From: an uncultured Opitutia bacterium
Lineage (GTDB): Bacteria; Verrucomicrobiota; Verrucomicrobiia; Opitutales; Opitutaceae
DNA length: 64,000 nucleotides
Reading direction: 5' to 3'
Assembly: GCA_903830425.1 (NCBI GenBank)
Contig: CAIKTR010000029.1
Coordinates: forward strand, 10,396 to 74,395
How positions within the stretch are numbered: the first letter of the stretch is position 1; each line of letters opens with the position of its first letter. Position numbers and translations under genes: made by a program. The notes beneath the pieces were generated by a model. It had not been told where the DNA came from and made no database searches. It worked only from the letters and a program-made list of their open reading frames with translations. Below, in pieces: positions 27,860 to 40,339 of this stretch.

Positions 27860-27880
27860 GCGGCCCCGGCCGGCCGGCCC

Positions 27881-28993
27881 TCAGCGCAGCCGGGCAAACA
27901 GCCACGCCGCCAGCCCGGCCATCCCGATGTTCGGCAGCCAGGCCGCCAGCAACGGGTCGATCAGCTGCTTCGTCGCCAGCGACGACGAGATGTTGGCGAG
28001 GATGTAATAGAGGAAAAACAGGCCGAAGGACTTGGACACCCCCACCGCCGGGTTCACCCGCACGCCGGAGACGGCAAAGGGGATGGCAATCGCGATCACG
28101 ATCAGCGGCCCCAGCGTGTCCGCGATCAGGCTGAAGTACCGCACCGCATACGGCGTCGCCTTCAGGCGGTTCTCAAACTCGAGATAATCGAGCAGACGCC
28201 GGAGCTCGGCAAAGGACAGGTCCACCGGCCGCCGGTCGATCAGGAGCATGAGCTTGGGGTCCTCGCGATACTGGCTGCGCACCTCCCGGCTGAAGGGCAC
28301 CGCGCCCAGCAGTTCCCCCGTCTCGGGATTGAACGACATCACCCGGCCATCCTTGAACACCCAGCCCTCGCCGCGCTCGCCAAACATCGCCTCGGCCGCC
28401 ACCAGCCGGGTCAGCTCCCGGCGCTGGCCGTCCAGCTCGGAGACCGTGACCCCGTACCCCCGGTGCAGGAACTGGCTGTAGCGGTTGAAAAACCACATGC
28501 GCCGCGCGCGCTGGTTGTCAAAGGCCACGCTTTCCACCACGCCGATGCGGTCGGCCGCCAGCTTGCCCGCCTGCTGGCGGAAACTCAGGCTCTCGCGCAG
28601 TTCCCGCGAGGCCTCCACCGACCAGGGCACCACCGCGGAGTTGAGCCACCAGGAGAGGCCGCAGGCCAGCACCCCCACCAGCCAGACCGGGGCCGTGATG
28701 CGGCCCAGCCCCACGCCCGCGGCGCGCAGGGCGGTGAACTCATTGGCCCGGTGGAGCTTGCCCAGCACGAACAGGAGCGAGAGGAGCAGCGCCAGCGGCA
28801 GGACCACCGCCAGGAAGCTCGGCATCGTCACGAACAAATACACCCACATGTCCAGGCCGCGCGCGCCCAGCTCGCGCAGCGAGCGGAAGTCGTCGTACAT
28901 CACCTGCACCAGCATCAGCCCGATGGTCGCGCCAAGCACGAGCCCGAGGATCGCGAGCCACTCGCGCAGCAGGTGTCGGTCAAAGGTGTTCAA
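27881..28993 (-). CDS. LptF/LptG-family LPS export permease
   Basis: The N-terminus (M)NTFDRHLLREWL..., six hydrophobic helices and a large periplasmic loop are typical of YjgP/YjgQ. The start is placed at TTG 28993. The ORF maximum is 29110. Confidence 0.8.
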   Translation of the reverse strand: MNTFDRHLLREWLAILGLVLGATIGLMLVQVMYDDFRSLRELGARGLDMWVYLFVTMPSFLAVVLPLALLLSLLFVLGKLHRANEFTALRAAGVGLGRITAPVWLVGVLACGLSWWLNSAVVPWSVEASRELRESLSFRQQAGKLAADRIGVVESVAFDNQRARRMWFFNRYSQFLHRGYGVTVSELDGQRRELTRLVAAEAMFGERGEGWVFKDGRVMSFNPETGELLGAVPFSREVRSQYREDPKLMLLIDRRPVDLSFAELRRLLDYLEFENRLKATPYAVRYFSLIADTLGPLIVIAIAIPFAVSGVRVNPAVGVSKSFGLFFLYYILANISSSLATKQLIDPLLAAWLPNIGMAGLAAWLFARLR

Positions 28994-29148
28994 CGCCGCC
29001 GAGCAAAACCTCCCCCGGGGCGAAAGCAAAACCCAAACCGCGCGCCCGCGGCCCGGCGGCACGCCGGCTGCTACGTACGGTCCAATAGTTTGGTTGATAA
29101 CTCCCCCCACCTGCCCTTGCCTTCCGCCTCCGCCAAAACCGCCACCCC

Positions 29149-30282
29149 ATGATCACCGCTCTCCGCTTCCGCTGGCTGCCGGCCTTCGCCGCCACCGTCC
29201 TCGCCGTCTCCGCCTCCGCCGCGGGCGTGATCAAGGTTGGTGAATTCGCCTCGCTCACCGGCAAGGAGGCCGCCTTCGGCCAGTCCTCCCACAAGGGCAC
29301 CCTCCTCGCCATCGAGGAGCTGAACGCCTCCGGCGGCGTGCTCGGCCAGCAATTCGAGCTCATCACCGAGGACAACCAGTCCAAGCAGGGCGAGTCCGCC
29401 ACCATCGCCAAGAAGCTGATCTCCCGCGACAAGGTCGTCGCCCTCCTCGGCGAGGTCGCCTCCGGCCGCTCCCTCGAGGCCGCCCCCATCGCCCAGAACG
29501 CCCGGATCCCCATGGTGTCGCCGTCCTCGACCAACCCCCGGGTCACGGAGATGGGCAACTACGTCTTCCGCGTCTGCTTCATCGACCCGCTGCAGGGCCG
29601 CCTTCTGGCCAAGTTCGCCCAGTCCACCCTCAAGGCCAAGCGCGTGGCCTTGCTGACCTCTGTGTCCTCGCCCTACAGCGTGGGCCTGGCCAAGTTCTTC
29701 AAGGAGCCCTTCCTCGCCCACGGCGGCGAGATCGTCATCGAGCAGAAATACTCCGAGAACGACAAGGACTTCAAAGCCCAGCTCACCGCCATCAAGCCGA
29801 CCCATCCGGATGCGATCTTCGTGCCGGGCTACTACACCGAGGCCGCCCTCATCTGCAAACAGGCCCGCGACCTCGGCCTCACCGTGCCCCTCTTCGGCGG
29901 CGACGGCTGGGAGGCCCCCCAGCTCATCGAGATCGGCGGCGCGGCCGTCGAGGGCATCTATTTCACCACCCACTACTCGCCCGAGAGCACCGCGCCCGCC
30001 GTGCAGAAGTTCGTGCAGGACTTCCGGACCAAGTTCGCCGGCGAGACGCCCGACGCCATGGCCGCCCTCGGCTACGACTCGGCCATGGTGCTCGCCCAGG
30101 CCATCCGCCGCGCCGGCACCACCGAGGGGCCCAAGGTCCGCGCCGCCCTCGCCACCACCAAGAATTACGCCGGCATCACCGGCGTCATCACGATCGACGG
30201 CCAGCGCAACGCCACGAAGTCCGCCGTCGTCGTCACGGTGCAGGACGGCCAGTTCAAGTTCGTGGAGACGATCGCGCCCTGA
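29149..30282 (+). CDS. ABC transporter substrate-binding protein, branched-chain amino acid (LivJ/LivK-like) family
   Basis: Signal peptide, then [17 protein letters not shown], which is typical of the Peripla_BP_6 family. Followed by livHMGF-type genes. Confidence 0.85.
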   Translation: MITALRFRWLPAFAATVLAVSASAAGVIKVGEFASLTGKEAAFGQSSHKGTLLAIEELNASGGVLGQQFELITEDNQSKQGESATIAKKLISRDKVVALLGEVASGRSLEAAPIAQNARIPMVSPSSTNPRVTEMGNYVFRVCFIDPLQGRLLAKFAQSTLKAKRVALLTSVSSPYSVGLAKFFKEPFLAHGGEIVIEQKYSENDKDFKAQLTAIKPTHPDAIFVPGYYTEAALICKQARDLGLTVPLFGGDGWEAPQLIEIGGAAVEGIYFTTHYSPESTAPAVQKFVQDFRTKFAGETPDAMAALGYDSAMVLAQAIRRAGTTEGPKVRAALATTKNYAGITGVITIDGQRNATKSAVVVTVQDGQFKFVETIAP

Positions 30283-30564
30283 CCGCTCCGGCCCCGCCCG
30301 CCCGGCGGCCGGCTGGTTTTCCGGAGCCGGCGGCAGGACCGGACGTAGTCCGAGGGGGAATCGCCCGGTTTCTGCCTCCCTGTTTTCCGCTTTCCGCTTT
30401 TCACCTTCCGCTTTGCTCCTGCACCCCGCCTTCTCCACCCCGCCGCCGACGGCCCCGGCCGGAACCAAGGCTTGCCCACCCCGGACGCCTGCGCGCAGAT
30501 TTCCGGTTCCGCCCAGAAGATCGCCCCTCCGGCGCCCCCTTCCGTCCCCCTCTCCGCTCCCGTA

Positions 30565-31455
30565 GTGTCCGAATTTCTCCAACAGCTCCTCAACGGCCTT
30601 TCCCTCGGCGCGATCTATGCGCTCATCGCCCTCGGCTACACCATGGTGTACGGGGTGCTGCGCTTCATTAACTTCGCCCACTCCGACGTGTTCATGGTCG
30701 GGGCCTTCATCGGCTACTACGCCGGCAAGCTGGTGCCCGCGGGGACCATCTGGGGCGGACTCACCGTGCTGGCCGCCGCCATGCTCGGCTGCGCCGTGCT
30801 CGGCATGACGATCGAGCGCCTCGCCTACCGCCCGCTGCGCGGCGCCCCCACCCTCAACGTCCTCATCACCGCCATCGGGGTCTCCCTGCTGCTCGAATAC
30901 ACCGGCCAGGTCTTCTTCGGCGCCGCGCCGCGCAACTTCCCCGCCCTCTTCCCGGTGAAAAACTTCGCGGTCGGCGGGCTGGTCGTCAGCAGCAACCAGC
31001 TGCTCGTCATCGCGGTCGCGCTCGGGCTGATGGTCGGGCTCCAGCTGATCGTCTACCACACCCGGATCGGCACCGCCATGCGCGCCGTCTCCCTCAACCC
31101 CAAGGCCGCCGTGCTGATGGGCGTGAACATCGACGTCGTGATCTCCTTCACCTTCGGCCTCGGCTCCGCCCTCGCCGCCGCCGGCGGCATCCTCTACGCC
31201 CTCAACTACCCGTCGATCGACCCGCTGATGGGCGTCATGCCCGGGCTCAAGGCCTTCGTCGCCGCCATCCTCGGCGGCATCGGCAACATCCCCGGCGCCG
31301 CCCTCGGCGGCCTCGTCCTCGGGACGGTCGAGACGTTTGTCAGCGGCAGCCCGTGGTCGACCTACAAGGACGCCATCGCCTTCGCGATCCTCATCATCAT
31401 CCTGCTGTTCCGCCCCGCCGGGCTGCTCGGCCGCTTCACGGTGGAGAAGGTCTGA
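30565..31455 (+). CDS. livH: branched-chain amino acid ABC transporter permease (LivH-like)
   Basis: [38 protein letters not shown] is a typical LivH N-terminus. GTG start at 30565. Confidence 0.85.
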   Translation: MSEFLQQLLNGLSLGAIYALIALGYTMVYGVLRFINFAHSDVFMVGAFIGYYAGKLVPAGTIWGGLTVLAAAMLGCAVLGMTIERLAYRPLRGAPTLNVLITAIGVSLLLEYTGQVFFGAAPRNFPALFPVKNFAVGGLVVSSNQLLVIAVALGLMVGLQLIVYHTRIGTAMRAVSLNPKAAVLMGVNIDVVISFTFGLGSALAAAGGILYALNYPSIDPLMGVMPGLKAFVAAILGGIGNIPGAALGGLVLGTVETFVSGSPWSTYKDAIAFAILIIILLFRPAGLLGRFTVEKV

Positions 31456-31461
31456 CGCGCC

Positions 31462-32403
31462 ATGCCCAAGCCGCACCTCGCCCTGCTCGCCGCCCTGCTC
31501 GCCGCCTACGGCCTGCAGCAGTACGCCGACCGGATCGACCCCTACTACCTCGACGTCCTCATCGGCGTCGGCATCAACGTCATCCTCGCCGTTTCCCTCA
31601 ACCTCGTGAACGGCTACACCGGCCAGTTCTCGCTCGGCCACGCGGGCTTCATGTCCGTCGGGGCCTACCTCGCCGCGGCCGTGAGCCTCCAGCTCGGCCC
31701 GCGCCTTTTCGGCGAGGACGGCGGCACCGCCCTCCAGCAGGGCGCGCTCTTCCTCGCCGCGCTCCTCACCGGCGGCCTCGGCGCCGCCGGCGCCGGCCTG
31801 CTGGTCGGCGTCCCCTCGCTCCGCCTCCGGGGCGACTACCTCGCCCTCGTCACCCTCGGCTTCGGCGAGATCATCCGCGTCACCTTCCAGAACGTCGAGT
31901 GGCTCGGCGGCGCGCTCGGCCTGAACGGGATCCCCGCCTCCACCACCATCTTCTGGGTGCTCGCCGCCGCCGCCCTGACCATTTTCACCGTGGTCTGCCT
32001 GGTGCACTCCACCTACGGCCGCGGCTTTCTCGCCACCCATGACGACGAGATCGCCGCCGAGGCCGTCGGGCTCAACACCACGCGCTACAAGATCGTCGCC
32101 TTTGTCATCGGCGCGTTTTTCGCCGGCATCGCCGGGGGGCTCTACGGCCACTTCAAGCTCACCATCACGCCCACCGGCTTCGACTTCACCAAGTCCATCG
32201 AGATCGTCGTCATGGTCATCCTCGGCGGCATGGGCAACACCCTCGGCGTGGTCCTCGCCGCCGTCCTGCTCACCCTGCTGCCCGAGGTGCTCCGGCCGGT
32301 CGCCGAGTACCGCATGGTGCTCTACTCCTTCCTCCTGATCGTGCTCATGCTCGCCCGGCCGCAGGGCCTGTTCAACTTCCGGCTCGGCCGGGCCCGGACC
32401 TGA
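31462..32403 (+). CDS. livM: branched-chain amino acid ABC transporter permease (LivM-like)
   Basis: [23 protein letters not shown] and [15 protein letters not shown] are LivM-type motifs. Confidence 0.85.
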   Translation: MPKPHLALLAALLAAYGLQQYADRIDPYYLDVLIGVGINVILAVSLNLVNGYTGQFSLGHAGFMSVGAYLAAAVSLQLGPRLFGEDGGTALQQGALFLAALLTGGLGAAGAGLLVGVPSLRLRGDYLALVTLGFGEIIRVTFQNVEWLGGALGLNGIPASTTIFWVLAAAALTIFTVVCLVHSTYGRGFLATHDDEIAAEAVGLNTTRYKIVAFVIGAFFAGIAGGLYGHFKLTITPTGFDFTKSIEIVVMVILGGMGNTLGVVLAAVLLTLLPEVLRPVAEYRMVLYSFLLIVLMLARPQGLFNFRLGRART

Positions 32404-32422
32404 CCGCCGCGCCGCCGCGACC

Positions 32423-33214
32423 ATGCCCGCCCCCCTCCTCCAGCTCCACCAGGTCACCCTCCGCTTCGGCGGCCTCACCGCGGTCAACCGCGTCGACTTC
32501 ACCGTCGGCGCCGGCGAGCTCTGCGGCCTGATCGGCCCGAACGGCGCCGGCAAGACCACCGTCTTCAACCTCATCACCGGCGTGTACCAGCCGACCGAGG
32601 GCACCGTCACCTTCGGCGGACGCGACCTCGCCGGCCGCGCCGTCCACGCCATCGTCGCCGGCGGCATCGCCCGCACCTTCCAGAACATCCGGCTCTTCGG
32701 CCGCCTCTCCGTCTTCGACAACGTCCGCGTCGCCTGCAACCTCTCCCGCGGCACCCACCCCCTCCAGACCCTGGTCCGGCTCGGCGCCTACCGCGCCGAC
32801 GAGGCCGCGATCACCCGGCGCGCCGAAGAGCTGCTCGACCTGTTCAACCTGCGCCGCTTCCGCGACGCCCCCGCCACCAGCCTCCCCTACGGCGAGCAGC
32901 GCCGGCTCGAGATCGTCCGCTGCCTCGCCACCCGGCCGCGGCTTCTCCTCCTCGACGAGCCCGCCGCGGGCATGAACCCCGCCGAGAAGCTCGAGCTGGT
33001 CCGCCTCATCCAGCAGATCCAGCAGCAGTTCCAGCTCTCCATCCTGCTGGTCGAGCACTCGATGAAGGTCGTGATGGGCGTGTGCCAGCGCATCGCCGTC
33101 CTCGACTACGGCGTGAAGATCGCCGAGGGCGACCCGGCCGCGATCCAGCGCGACCCCAAGGTCATCGAGGCCTACCTGGGCGAGGATCACACCACCAGCC
33201 TGGCGCACCACTGA
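32423..33214 (+). CDS. livG: branched-chain amino acid ABC transporter ATP-binding protein (LivG-like)
   Basis: Walker [10 protein letters not shown], the [11 protein letters not shown] signature region, Walker [12 protein letters not shown], and the C-terminal YLGE. Confidence 0.9.
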   Translation: MPAPLLQLHQVTLRFGGLTAVNRVDFTVGAGELCGLIGPNGAGKTTVFNLITGVYQPTEGTVTFGGRDLAGRAVHAIVAGGIARTFQNIRLFGRLSVFDNVRVACNLSRGTHPLQTLVRLGAYRADEAAITRRAEELLDLFNLRRFRDAPATSLPYGEQRRLEIVRCLATRPRLLLLDEPAAGMNPAEKLELVRLIQQIQQQFQLSILLVEHSMKVVMGVCQRIAVLDYGVKIAEGDPAAIQRDPKVIEAYLGEDHTTSLAHH

Positions 33215-33261
33215 GGCCCGGGCGGCGCGGCCTGCCCGCCCCGCCGCCGCTCCCTTCTCCC

Positions 33262-33969
33262 ATGTTAAAGGTCACCGACTTATCCGTCAGCTACGGCGCC
33301 ATCTCGGCCGTCAGCGGCATCTCCTTCACCATCGAGCAGGGGTCCATCGTCACGCTGATCGGGGGCAACGGCGCCGGCAAGACCACCACCCTCCGCACCA
33401 TCTCCGGCCTGCTCCGGCCGCGGGCGGGCCGGATCGAGTTCCTCGGCGAGGACCTCACCCGCCTCGCCCCGCACCAGATCGTCGCCCGCGGCCTCTGCCA
33501 CGTGCCCGAGGGGCGGATGATCTTCTCCAACCTGACCGTCGACGAGAACCTCACCATGGGGGCCTACCTGCAGACCGACCCCGCCCGCATCGCCCGGAAC
33601 CGCGACTATGTCTTCAGCGTCTTTCCCCGGCTGCAGGAGCGGATCCGGCAGATGGCCGGCACCCTCTCCGGCGGCGAGCAGCAGATGCTCGCCATCAGCC
33701 GCGCCCTGATGGGCAGCCCGAAGTTCCTCCTGCTCGACGAGCCGTCCCTCGGCATCGCCCCGCGCCTCATCAGCACCATCTTCGAGAAGATCGTGGAGAT
33801 CAACCGCGACCACGGCATCACCATCCTTCTCGTCGAACAGAACGCCAACCTCGCCCTCGAGGTGAGCCGGCACGCCTACGTGCTCGAGACGGGCCGCATC
33901 GTGATGCAGGGCGAGAGCCGGCAGCTCCGCGCCGACCCCCAGCTCCGGGCCACCTACCTCGGCGGGTGA
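33262..33969 (+). CDS. livF: branched-chain amino acid ABC transporter ATP-binding protein (LivF-like)
   Basis: Walker A GGNGAGKTT, signature LSGGEQQML, Walker B LLLLDEPSLGIAP, and the C-terminal YLGG. Confidence 0.9.
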   Translation: MLKVTDLSVSYGAISAVSGISFTIEQGSIVTLIGGNGAGKTTTLRTISGLLRPRAGRIEFLGEDLTRLAPHQIVARGLCHVPEGRMIFSNLTVDENLTMGAYLQTDPARIARNRDYVFSVFPRLQERIRQMAGTLSGGEQQMLAISRALMGSPKFLLLDEPSLGIAPRLISTIFEKIVEINRDHGITILLVEQNANLALEVSRHAYVLETGRIVMQGESRQLRADPQLRATYLGG

Positions 33970-34064
33970 GCCCCCGCCGCCGCCCCCCCCCTTGCGCTTA
34001 CTTGCTTTTTTCCCGCAGCCACTAAACTAGCGGGTCCATCGTTTCCCGCTCCCTTCCCCCCCTC

Positions 34065-35906
<1,842 letters not shown>

Positions 35907-35934
35907 GCAGCTTTTAAGCAAATAGTTGGCTGTT

Positions 35935-35975
35935 CAGCCATACTTTAGACTTGAGGTATGGCTGTGGAGCCATAC
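35935..35975 (+). promoter_or_regulatory. triple AGCCATAC/GTATGGCT repeat: htpG terminator-like hairpin and/or vapBC operator
   Basis: CAGCCATAC (35935-35943), then GTATGGCTG (35956-35964) as its inverted copy, then AGCCATAC again (35968-35975). Two mutually exclusive hairpins are possible. It lies 19 nt upstream of the preferred vapB start. Confidence 0.45.
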
Positions 35976-35993
35976 CGTTGGGTCGTTGTGAAA

Positions 35994-36254
35994 ATGACGA
36001 TGCAGATCGACGCCGAGGTGCTGGCGCGCGTGATGAAGATCACGGGGGCCGAGACCAAGACGGCGGCGGTCGAAACGGCCCTGAACGAGATGGCCCGCCG
36101 GCATAAGATGAAGGAGCTGTTTGCCTCCGGCTTGGGGCTGACCCCGGACGAGCTGCGCACCGCGTTCGACCCCGGCTCCTATCCCGAGCAGCCCTCCATT
36201 CGGCAGCGGGTGGCGGAAGACCCGGAGCCCCATGCCCAGCCTGATCCTGCCTGA
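35994..36254 (+). CDS. vapB: type II antitoxin, VapB family
   Basis: MTMQIDAEVLARVMKITGAETKTAAVETALNEMARR matches the VapB_antitoxin (PF09957-like) pattern. It overlaps the PIN toxin gene by 23 nt. The ORF maximum start is 35958. Confidence 0.8.
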   Translation: MTMQIDAEVLARVMKITGAETKTAAVETALNEMARRHKMKELFASGLGLTPDELRTAFDPGSYPEQPSIRQRVAEDPEPHAQPDPA

Positions 36255-36624
36255 CAGCAATATCTTCATAGCAGCCGCCCGCGCGGGACGGGATCCGTTC
36301 CAGCAGTTCGCCGGCCAGCTGGAGGAGTACGAGTTCGCCACCTGCGGCATGGTGATGCTCGAAGTGTGCCGCGGCCTGCGCGACCCCGCGCTGCTGCCGC
36401 GCTTTCAGGAGCGATTCGCCGTGATGATCTTCCTGCCGACGACCCAGTCCGTCTGGGCGCGCGCCACCCAGCTCGCCTGGTCTCTCGACCGCCGGGGCGT
36501 GGTGCTGCCCAGCCCCGATCTGCTCATCGCCGCCTGCGCCCTCGCCGCCAACGCCGCCGTGCTCACCACCGACGCCCATTTTTACGCCATCCCCGGACTG
36601 CGGACCCTCGCGGCGCTCGCCTGA
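36232..36624 (+). CDS. vapC: type II toxin, PIN-domain ribonuclease VapC
   Basis: The four PIN acidic positions sit in typical contexts: LPDSNIF, MLEVCRG, SPDLLIAACAL and LTTDAHF. Confidence 0.85.
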   Translation: MPSLILPDSNIFIAAARAGRDPFQQFAGQLEEYEFATCGMVMLEVCRGLRDPALLPRFQERFAVMIFLPTTQSVWARATQLAWSLDRRGVVLPSPDLLIAACALAANAAVLTTDAHFYAIPGLRTLAALA

Positions 36625-36767
36625 TCCTTCCCGCGGCGCAGACCCGATCCGTCCCGAGCCCTCCCCGCGGGCCACTCCCGGCGGTGGCTCCCGCCCCCGC
36701 CCGCCCCGCCGGGCGGCAATTTGTTTGGCAGCGTCCGGCTTTTGCGGAAGCCTCCCCTCTCCTCCCC

Positions 36768-39700
36768 ATGTTGAAAACCACCCACCTGATCCGGGCGCTC
36801 CTCGTCGGCGCGCTCGCTGCCCTCACCGCCGCCGCGGCCGACACGCCCGCCGCGACCACCAAGCTGCTCCGGTTCCCCGCCACCAACGGCCGCGCCATCG
36901 TCTTCTCCTACGCCGGCCAGCTGTACACCGTCGGCGCCGACGGCGGCACCGCGCGCCGCCTCACCGACGGCCCCGGCTACGCCATCTTCCCGCGCTTCTC
37001 CGCCGACGGCTCCCAGCTCGCCTTCACCGCCCAGTACGACGGCAACACCGAGGTCTATGTGATGCCCGCCGACGGCGGCGTCCCCCAGCGCCTCACCACC
37101 TCCGCCACCCTCGAGCGCGACGACCTCGGCGACCGCATGGGGCCGAACAACATCGTGATGGGCTGGAAGCACACCGCGCCCGAGGTCGTCTTCCGCTCCC
37201 GCTGGCGCTCCTTCAACCCCTTCATCGGCGAGCTCGACACCGTCGGCCTCGACGGCGACCTCCCCAAGCAGCTGCCCGTGCCGCGCGGCGGCTTCGTGTC
37301 CTTCTCCCCCGACGACACCCAGATCGCCTACAACCGCGTGTTCCGCGAGTTCCGCACCTGGAAGCAGTACCGCGGCGGCATGGCCGACGACATCTGGATC
37401 TTCGACCTCAAGTCCGGCGCGATCGAAAACATCACGAACCATCCCTCCCAGGATATCTTCCCGATGTGGGCCCCCAACGGCCGCATCTACTTCGTCTCCG
37501 AGCGCACCGCCCGCGCCAACCTCTTCTGCTACGACCTCGCCAAGAAAAAAACCCGCCAGCTGACCCACTTCGACCAGTACGACGTCAAGTTCCCCTCGCT
37601 CGGCCAGGGCGCCATCGTGTTCGAGCAGGCCGGCCAAGTCTGGAAGTTCGACCTCGCCACCGAGCAGGCCGCCGTGGTGCCGATCACCGTGCGCGAGGAC
37701 GCCGCCGCCGTGCGCCCCGCCCTCACCAGCGTCGCCCGGTTCGTCACCGGCGTCCAGCCCTCGCCCGACGGCCAGCGCGTCGCGGTCGTCGCCCGCGGCG
37801 AGGTGTTCACCGTGCCGGCCAAGGAGGGCCCGACCCGCAACCTCACCCAGACCCCCGGCGTGCACGAGCGCGCCGCCAGCTGGTCAACCGACGGCAAGTG
37901 GATCGCCTACCTCTCCGACGCCACCGGCGAGTTCGAAATCTACGTCCGGCCGCAGGACGGCAAGGGCGCGGCCACCCAGCTCACCTTCCACAACGACACC
38001 TACCCGTTCCCGCCCGTCTGGTCGCCCAACTCGAAGCGGCTCCTCTGGGCCGACCGCAAGCAGCGCCTCCGCTTCGTCAGCCTCGACACCAAGGCCGTCA
38101 CCACCGTGGCGGAAAACCCCGACGCGCCCATCCAGCAGTACGCCTGGGCCCCGGACTCGCAGTGGGTCACCTACCTCCGGCAGGAGCACGGCACCCTCGC
38201 CAAGGTGATGCTCTACGAGCTCGCCACCCAGCGCAGCCTCGCCGTCACCGACGGCTGGTATGACTGCAGCCGCCCGGCCTTCAGCGACGACGGCAAGTGG
38301 CTGCTCTTCTCCTCCGCCCGCGACTACCGCCCCATCTATTCCGACACCGAGTGGAACCACGCCTACCAGGACATGGAGCGGGTCTACCTCGTCGCTCTCG
38401 CCAAGGACACCGTCTCGCCCTTCGCCCCGAAGAGCGACGAGGTCGCCCTCGCCAAGGACGAGGACGCCGCCAAGGCGGACGATTTGAAGACCGACCAGCC
38501 GAAGGCCGAGGGCGGCAAGTCCGCCGACAAAAAGGACGCCAAGTCCGCGGCGCGGAAGCCCGTGGTGGTGAAGGTCGACGCCGAGGGCCTGGCCGACCGC
38601 ACCCTCAGCCTGCCGATCGCCCCCTCCAATTACGGCCCCATCCAGATGATCGGCGACCGGGTCTACTACCGGCGCTCCCCCGGCGGCCCGGTGACGGGCG
38701 GCGGCGGCGGCGAGGGCTTCGGCGGCGGCAGCAACAGCCGCGCCATGGTCGCCTGTTACGACCTCAAGGCCAAGAAGGAGACGGAGCTCGGGAATTTCGA
38801 CCAGTTCGAGATCACCGCCAACGGCAAGAAAATGCTCGTCCGCGTCGGCCGCGACTACTCGCTCGTCGACCTCCCCACCGCCAAGCTCGAACTCAAGCCC
38901 GACGCCAAGCTCGACTTCTCGTCCCTCGCGGTGCGCCTCGACCGGTCCGCCGAGTGGGCCCAGGTCTTCGATGAAAGCTGGCGCCAGATGCGCGACTTCT
39001 TCTACGCGCCCAACATGCACGGCGTCGACTGGCCGGCCCAGCGCGCAAAATACGGCGCCCTCCTGCCCGCCGTCGCCACGCGCAACGACCTCACCTACCT
39101 CATCGGCGAGATGATCGGCGAGCTCCACATCGGCCACTCCTACGTGGGCGGCGGCGACCGCACCGAGGTCCCGCGCACCCGCACCGGCCTGCTCGGCGCC
39201 GAGTTCTCGCGCGACCCCGTCAGCCGCGCCTACCGCATCGACCGCATCCTCCCCGGCGAAAACTGGCAGACCAAGACCCGCTCCCCGCTCACCGAGCTGG
39301 GGGTCAATGTCCAGGTCGGCGACTACCTCCTCGCCATCGACGGCCACCCCACCCGCGACCTCGCCAACCTCTACTCCGCCCTCCTCGGCACGGTCGGCAA
39401 GCAGGTCGTCCTCCGCGTCAACTCCCAGCCGCGCGACGAGGGCGCCCGCGACGTCACCGTCGTGCCGATCGCGGACGAGGCCCCGCTCTACTACGAGGCC
39501 TGGGTGCAGGGCAACATCGACCACGTCGCCCGGCAGACCGGGGGCCGCGTCGGCTACCTCCACATCCCCGACATGGGCCCCGAGGGGCTCAACGAGTTCG
39601 TCCGCCGGTTCTACCCGCAGCTCAACCAGCAGGCGCTGATCATTGACGTGCGCGGCAACGGCGGCGGCAACGTCTCGCCGATGATCATCGAGCGCCTCCA

Positions 39701-40160
39701 GCGCGAGCTCACCATGATCAACGTGCGCCGCAACGGCACCCCGACCACCAACCCCGCGCAAATGCTGCTCGGGCCCAAGGTCACCCTGCTCAACGAATAT
39801 TCCGCCTCCGACGGCGACCTGTTCCCCTACCGCTTCCGCGCGAACGGCCTGGGCCAGCTCATCGGCAAGCGCTCCTGGGGCGGCGTCGTCGGCATCTCCG
39901 GCACCCTCTCCTTCACCGACGGCGGCTCGCTCAACAAGCCCGAGTTCGCCCCCTACGCCAAGGACGGCAAGAGCTGGGTGATCGAGGGCCACGGCGTCGA
40001 CCCCGACATCGTGGTCGACAACGACCCCGCCCGCGAATTCCGCGGCGAGGACCAGCAGCTCGACCGCGGCATCACCGTCATCCTCGCCGAGCTCAAGGCC
40101 CATCCCCAGTCCCTGCCGCCGCCCCCGGCCTGGCCCGACAAGTCCGGCGTCCAGCCGTAG
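36768..40160 (+). CDS. tricorn-protease-homolog type S41 peptidase (beta-propellers + PDZ + S41 catalytic domain)
   Basis: Signal peptide, then LRFPATNGRAIVFSYAGQLYTV, WSPDxxx propeller repeats, DVRGNGGGNV and NEYSASDGDLFPYRF, which are typical of tricorn core homologs. The start is ATG 36768. Confidence 0.85.
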   Translation: MLKTTHLIRALLVGALAALTAAAADTPAATTKLLRFPATNGRAIVFSYAGQLYTVGADGGTARRLTDGPGYAIFPRFSADGSQLAFTAQYDGNTEVYVMPADGGVPQRLTTSATLERDDLGDRMGPNNIVMGWKHTAPEVVFRSRWRSFNPFIGELDTVGLDGDLPKQLPVPRGGFVSFSPDDTQIAYNRVFREFRTWKQYRGGMADDIWIFDLKSGAIENITNHPSQDIFPMWAPNGRIYFVSERTARANLFCYDLAKKKTRQLTHFDQYDVKFPSLGQGAIVFEQAGQVWKFDLATEQAAVVPITVREDAAAVRPALTSVARFVTGVQPSPDGQRVAVVARGEVFTVPAKEGPTRNLTQTPGVHERAASWSTDGKWIAYLSDATGEFEIYVRPQDGKGAATQLTFHNDTYPFPPVWSPNSKRLLWADRKQRLRFVSLDTKAVTTVAENPDAPIQQYAWAPDSQWVTYLRQEHGTLAKVMLYELATQRSLAVTDGWYDCSRPAFSDDGKWLLFSSARDYRPIYSDTEWNHAYQDMERVYLVALAKDTVSPFAPKSDEVALAKDEDAAKADDLKTDQPKAEGGKSADKKDAKSAARKPVVVKVDAEGLADRTLSLPIAPSNYGPIQMIGDRVYYRRSPGGPVTGGGGGEGFGGGSNSRAMVACYDLKAKKETELGNFDQFEITANGKKMLVRVGRDYSLVDLPTAKLELKPDAKLDFSSLAVRLDRSAEWAQVFDESWRQMRDFFYAPNMHGVDWPAQRAKYGALLPAVATRNDLTYLIGEMIGELHIGHSYVGGGDRTEVPRTRTGLLGAEFSRDPVSRAYRIDRILPGENWQTKTRSPLTELGVNVQVGDYLLAIDGHPTRDLANLYSALLGTVGKQVVLRVNSQPRDEGARDVTVVPIADEAPLYYEAWVQGNIDHVARQTGGRVGYLHIPDMGPEGLNEFVRRFYPQLNQQALIIDVRGNGGGNVSPMIIERLQRELTMINVRRNGTPTTNPAQMLLGPKVTLLNEYSASDGDLFPYRFRANGLGQLIGKRSWGGVVGISGTLSFTDGGSLNKPEFAPYAKDGKSWVIEGHGVDPDIVVDNDPAREFRGEDQQLDRGITVILAELKAHPQSLPPPPAWPDKSGVQP

Positions 40161-40189
40161 GCTCCGCGTTCCTCCGCGTCGCTCCCCAC

Positions 40190-40224
40190 CAGGCCCCGGT
40201 CACCCCGGGGCCTGCTTTATTTTT
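40190..40224 (+). terminator. intrinsic terminator of the tricorn-like protease gene
   Basis: Perfect 10-bp stem CAGGCCCCGG (40190-40199) / CCGGGGCCTG (40205-40214), 5-nt loop, followed by CTTTATTTTT. Confidence 0.85.
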
Positions 40225-40339
40225 CACGCTCGACCGCCGGTCCAACCTGCGCGGATATCTAGGGCCTGTTGCCGGGCGGAACCTCCCGCGGTCCGCTGCC
40301 GGACCGGCCACCCGATCGTCTTCTCCCCTCCGCCCCGCC

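Noticed and set aside
33970-34064. Heat-shock (sigma32-type) promoter upstream of htpG.
   Set aside because: TTGCTT and TAAACT hexamers are present, but at about 15-nt spacing by my count. There is no CTTGAA / CCCCATNT pair. Too weak to call without transcript mapping.
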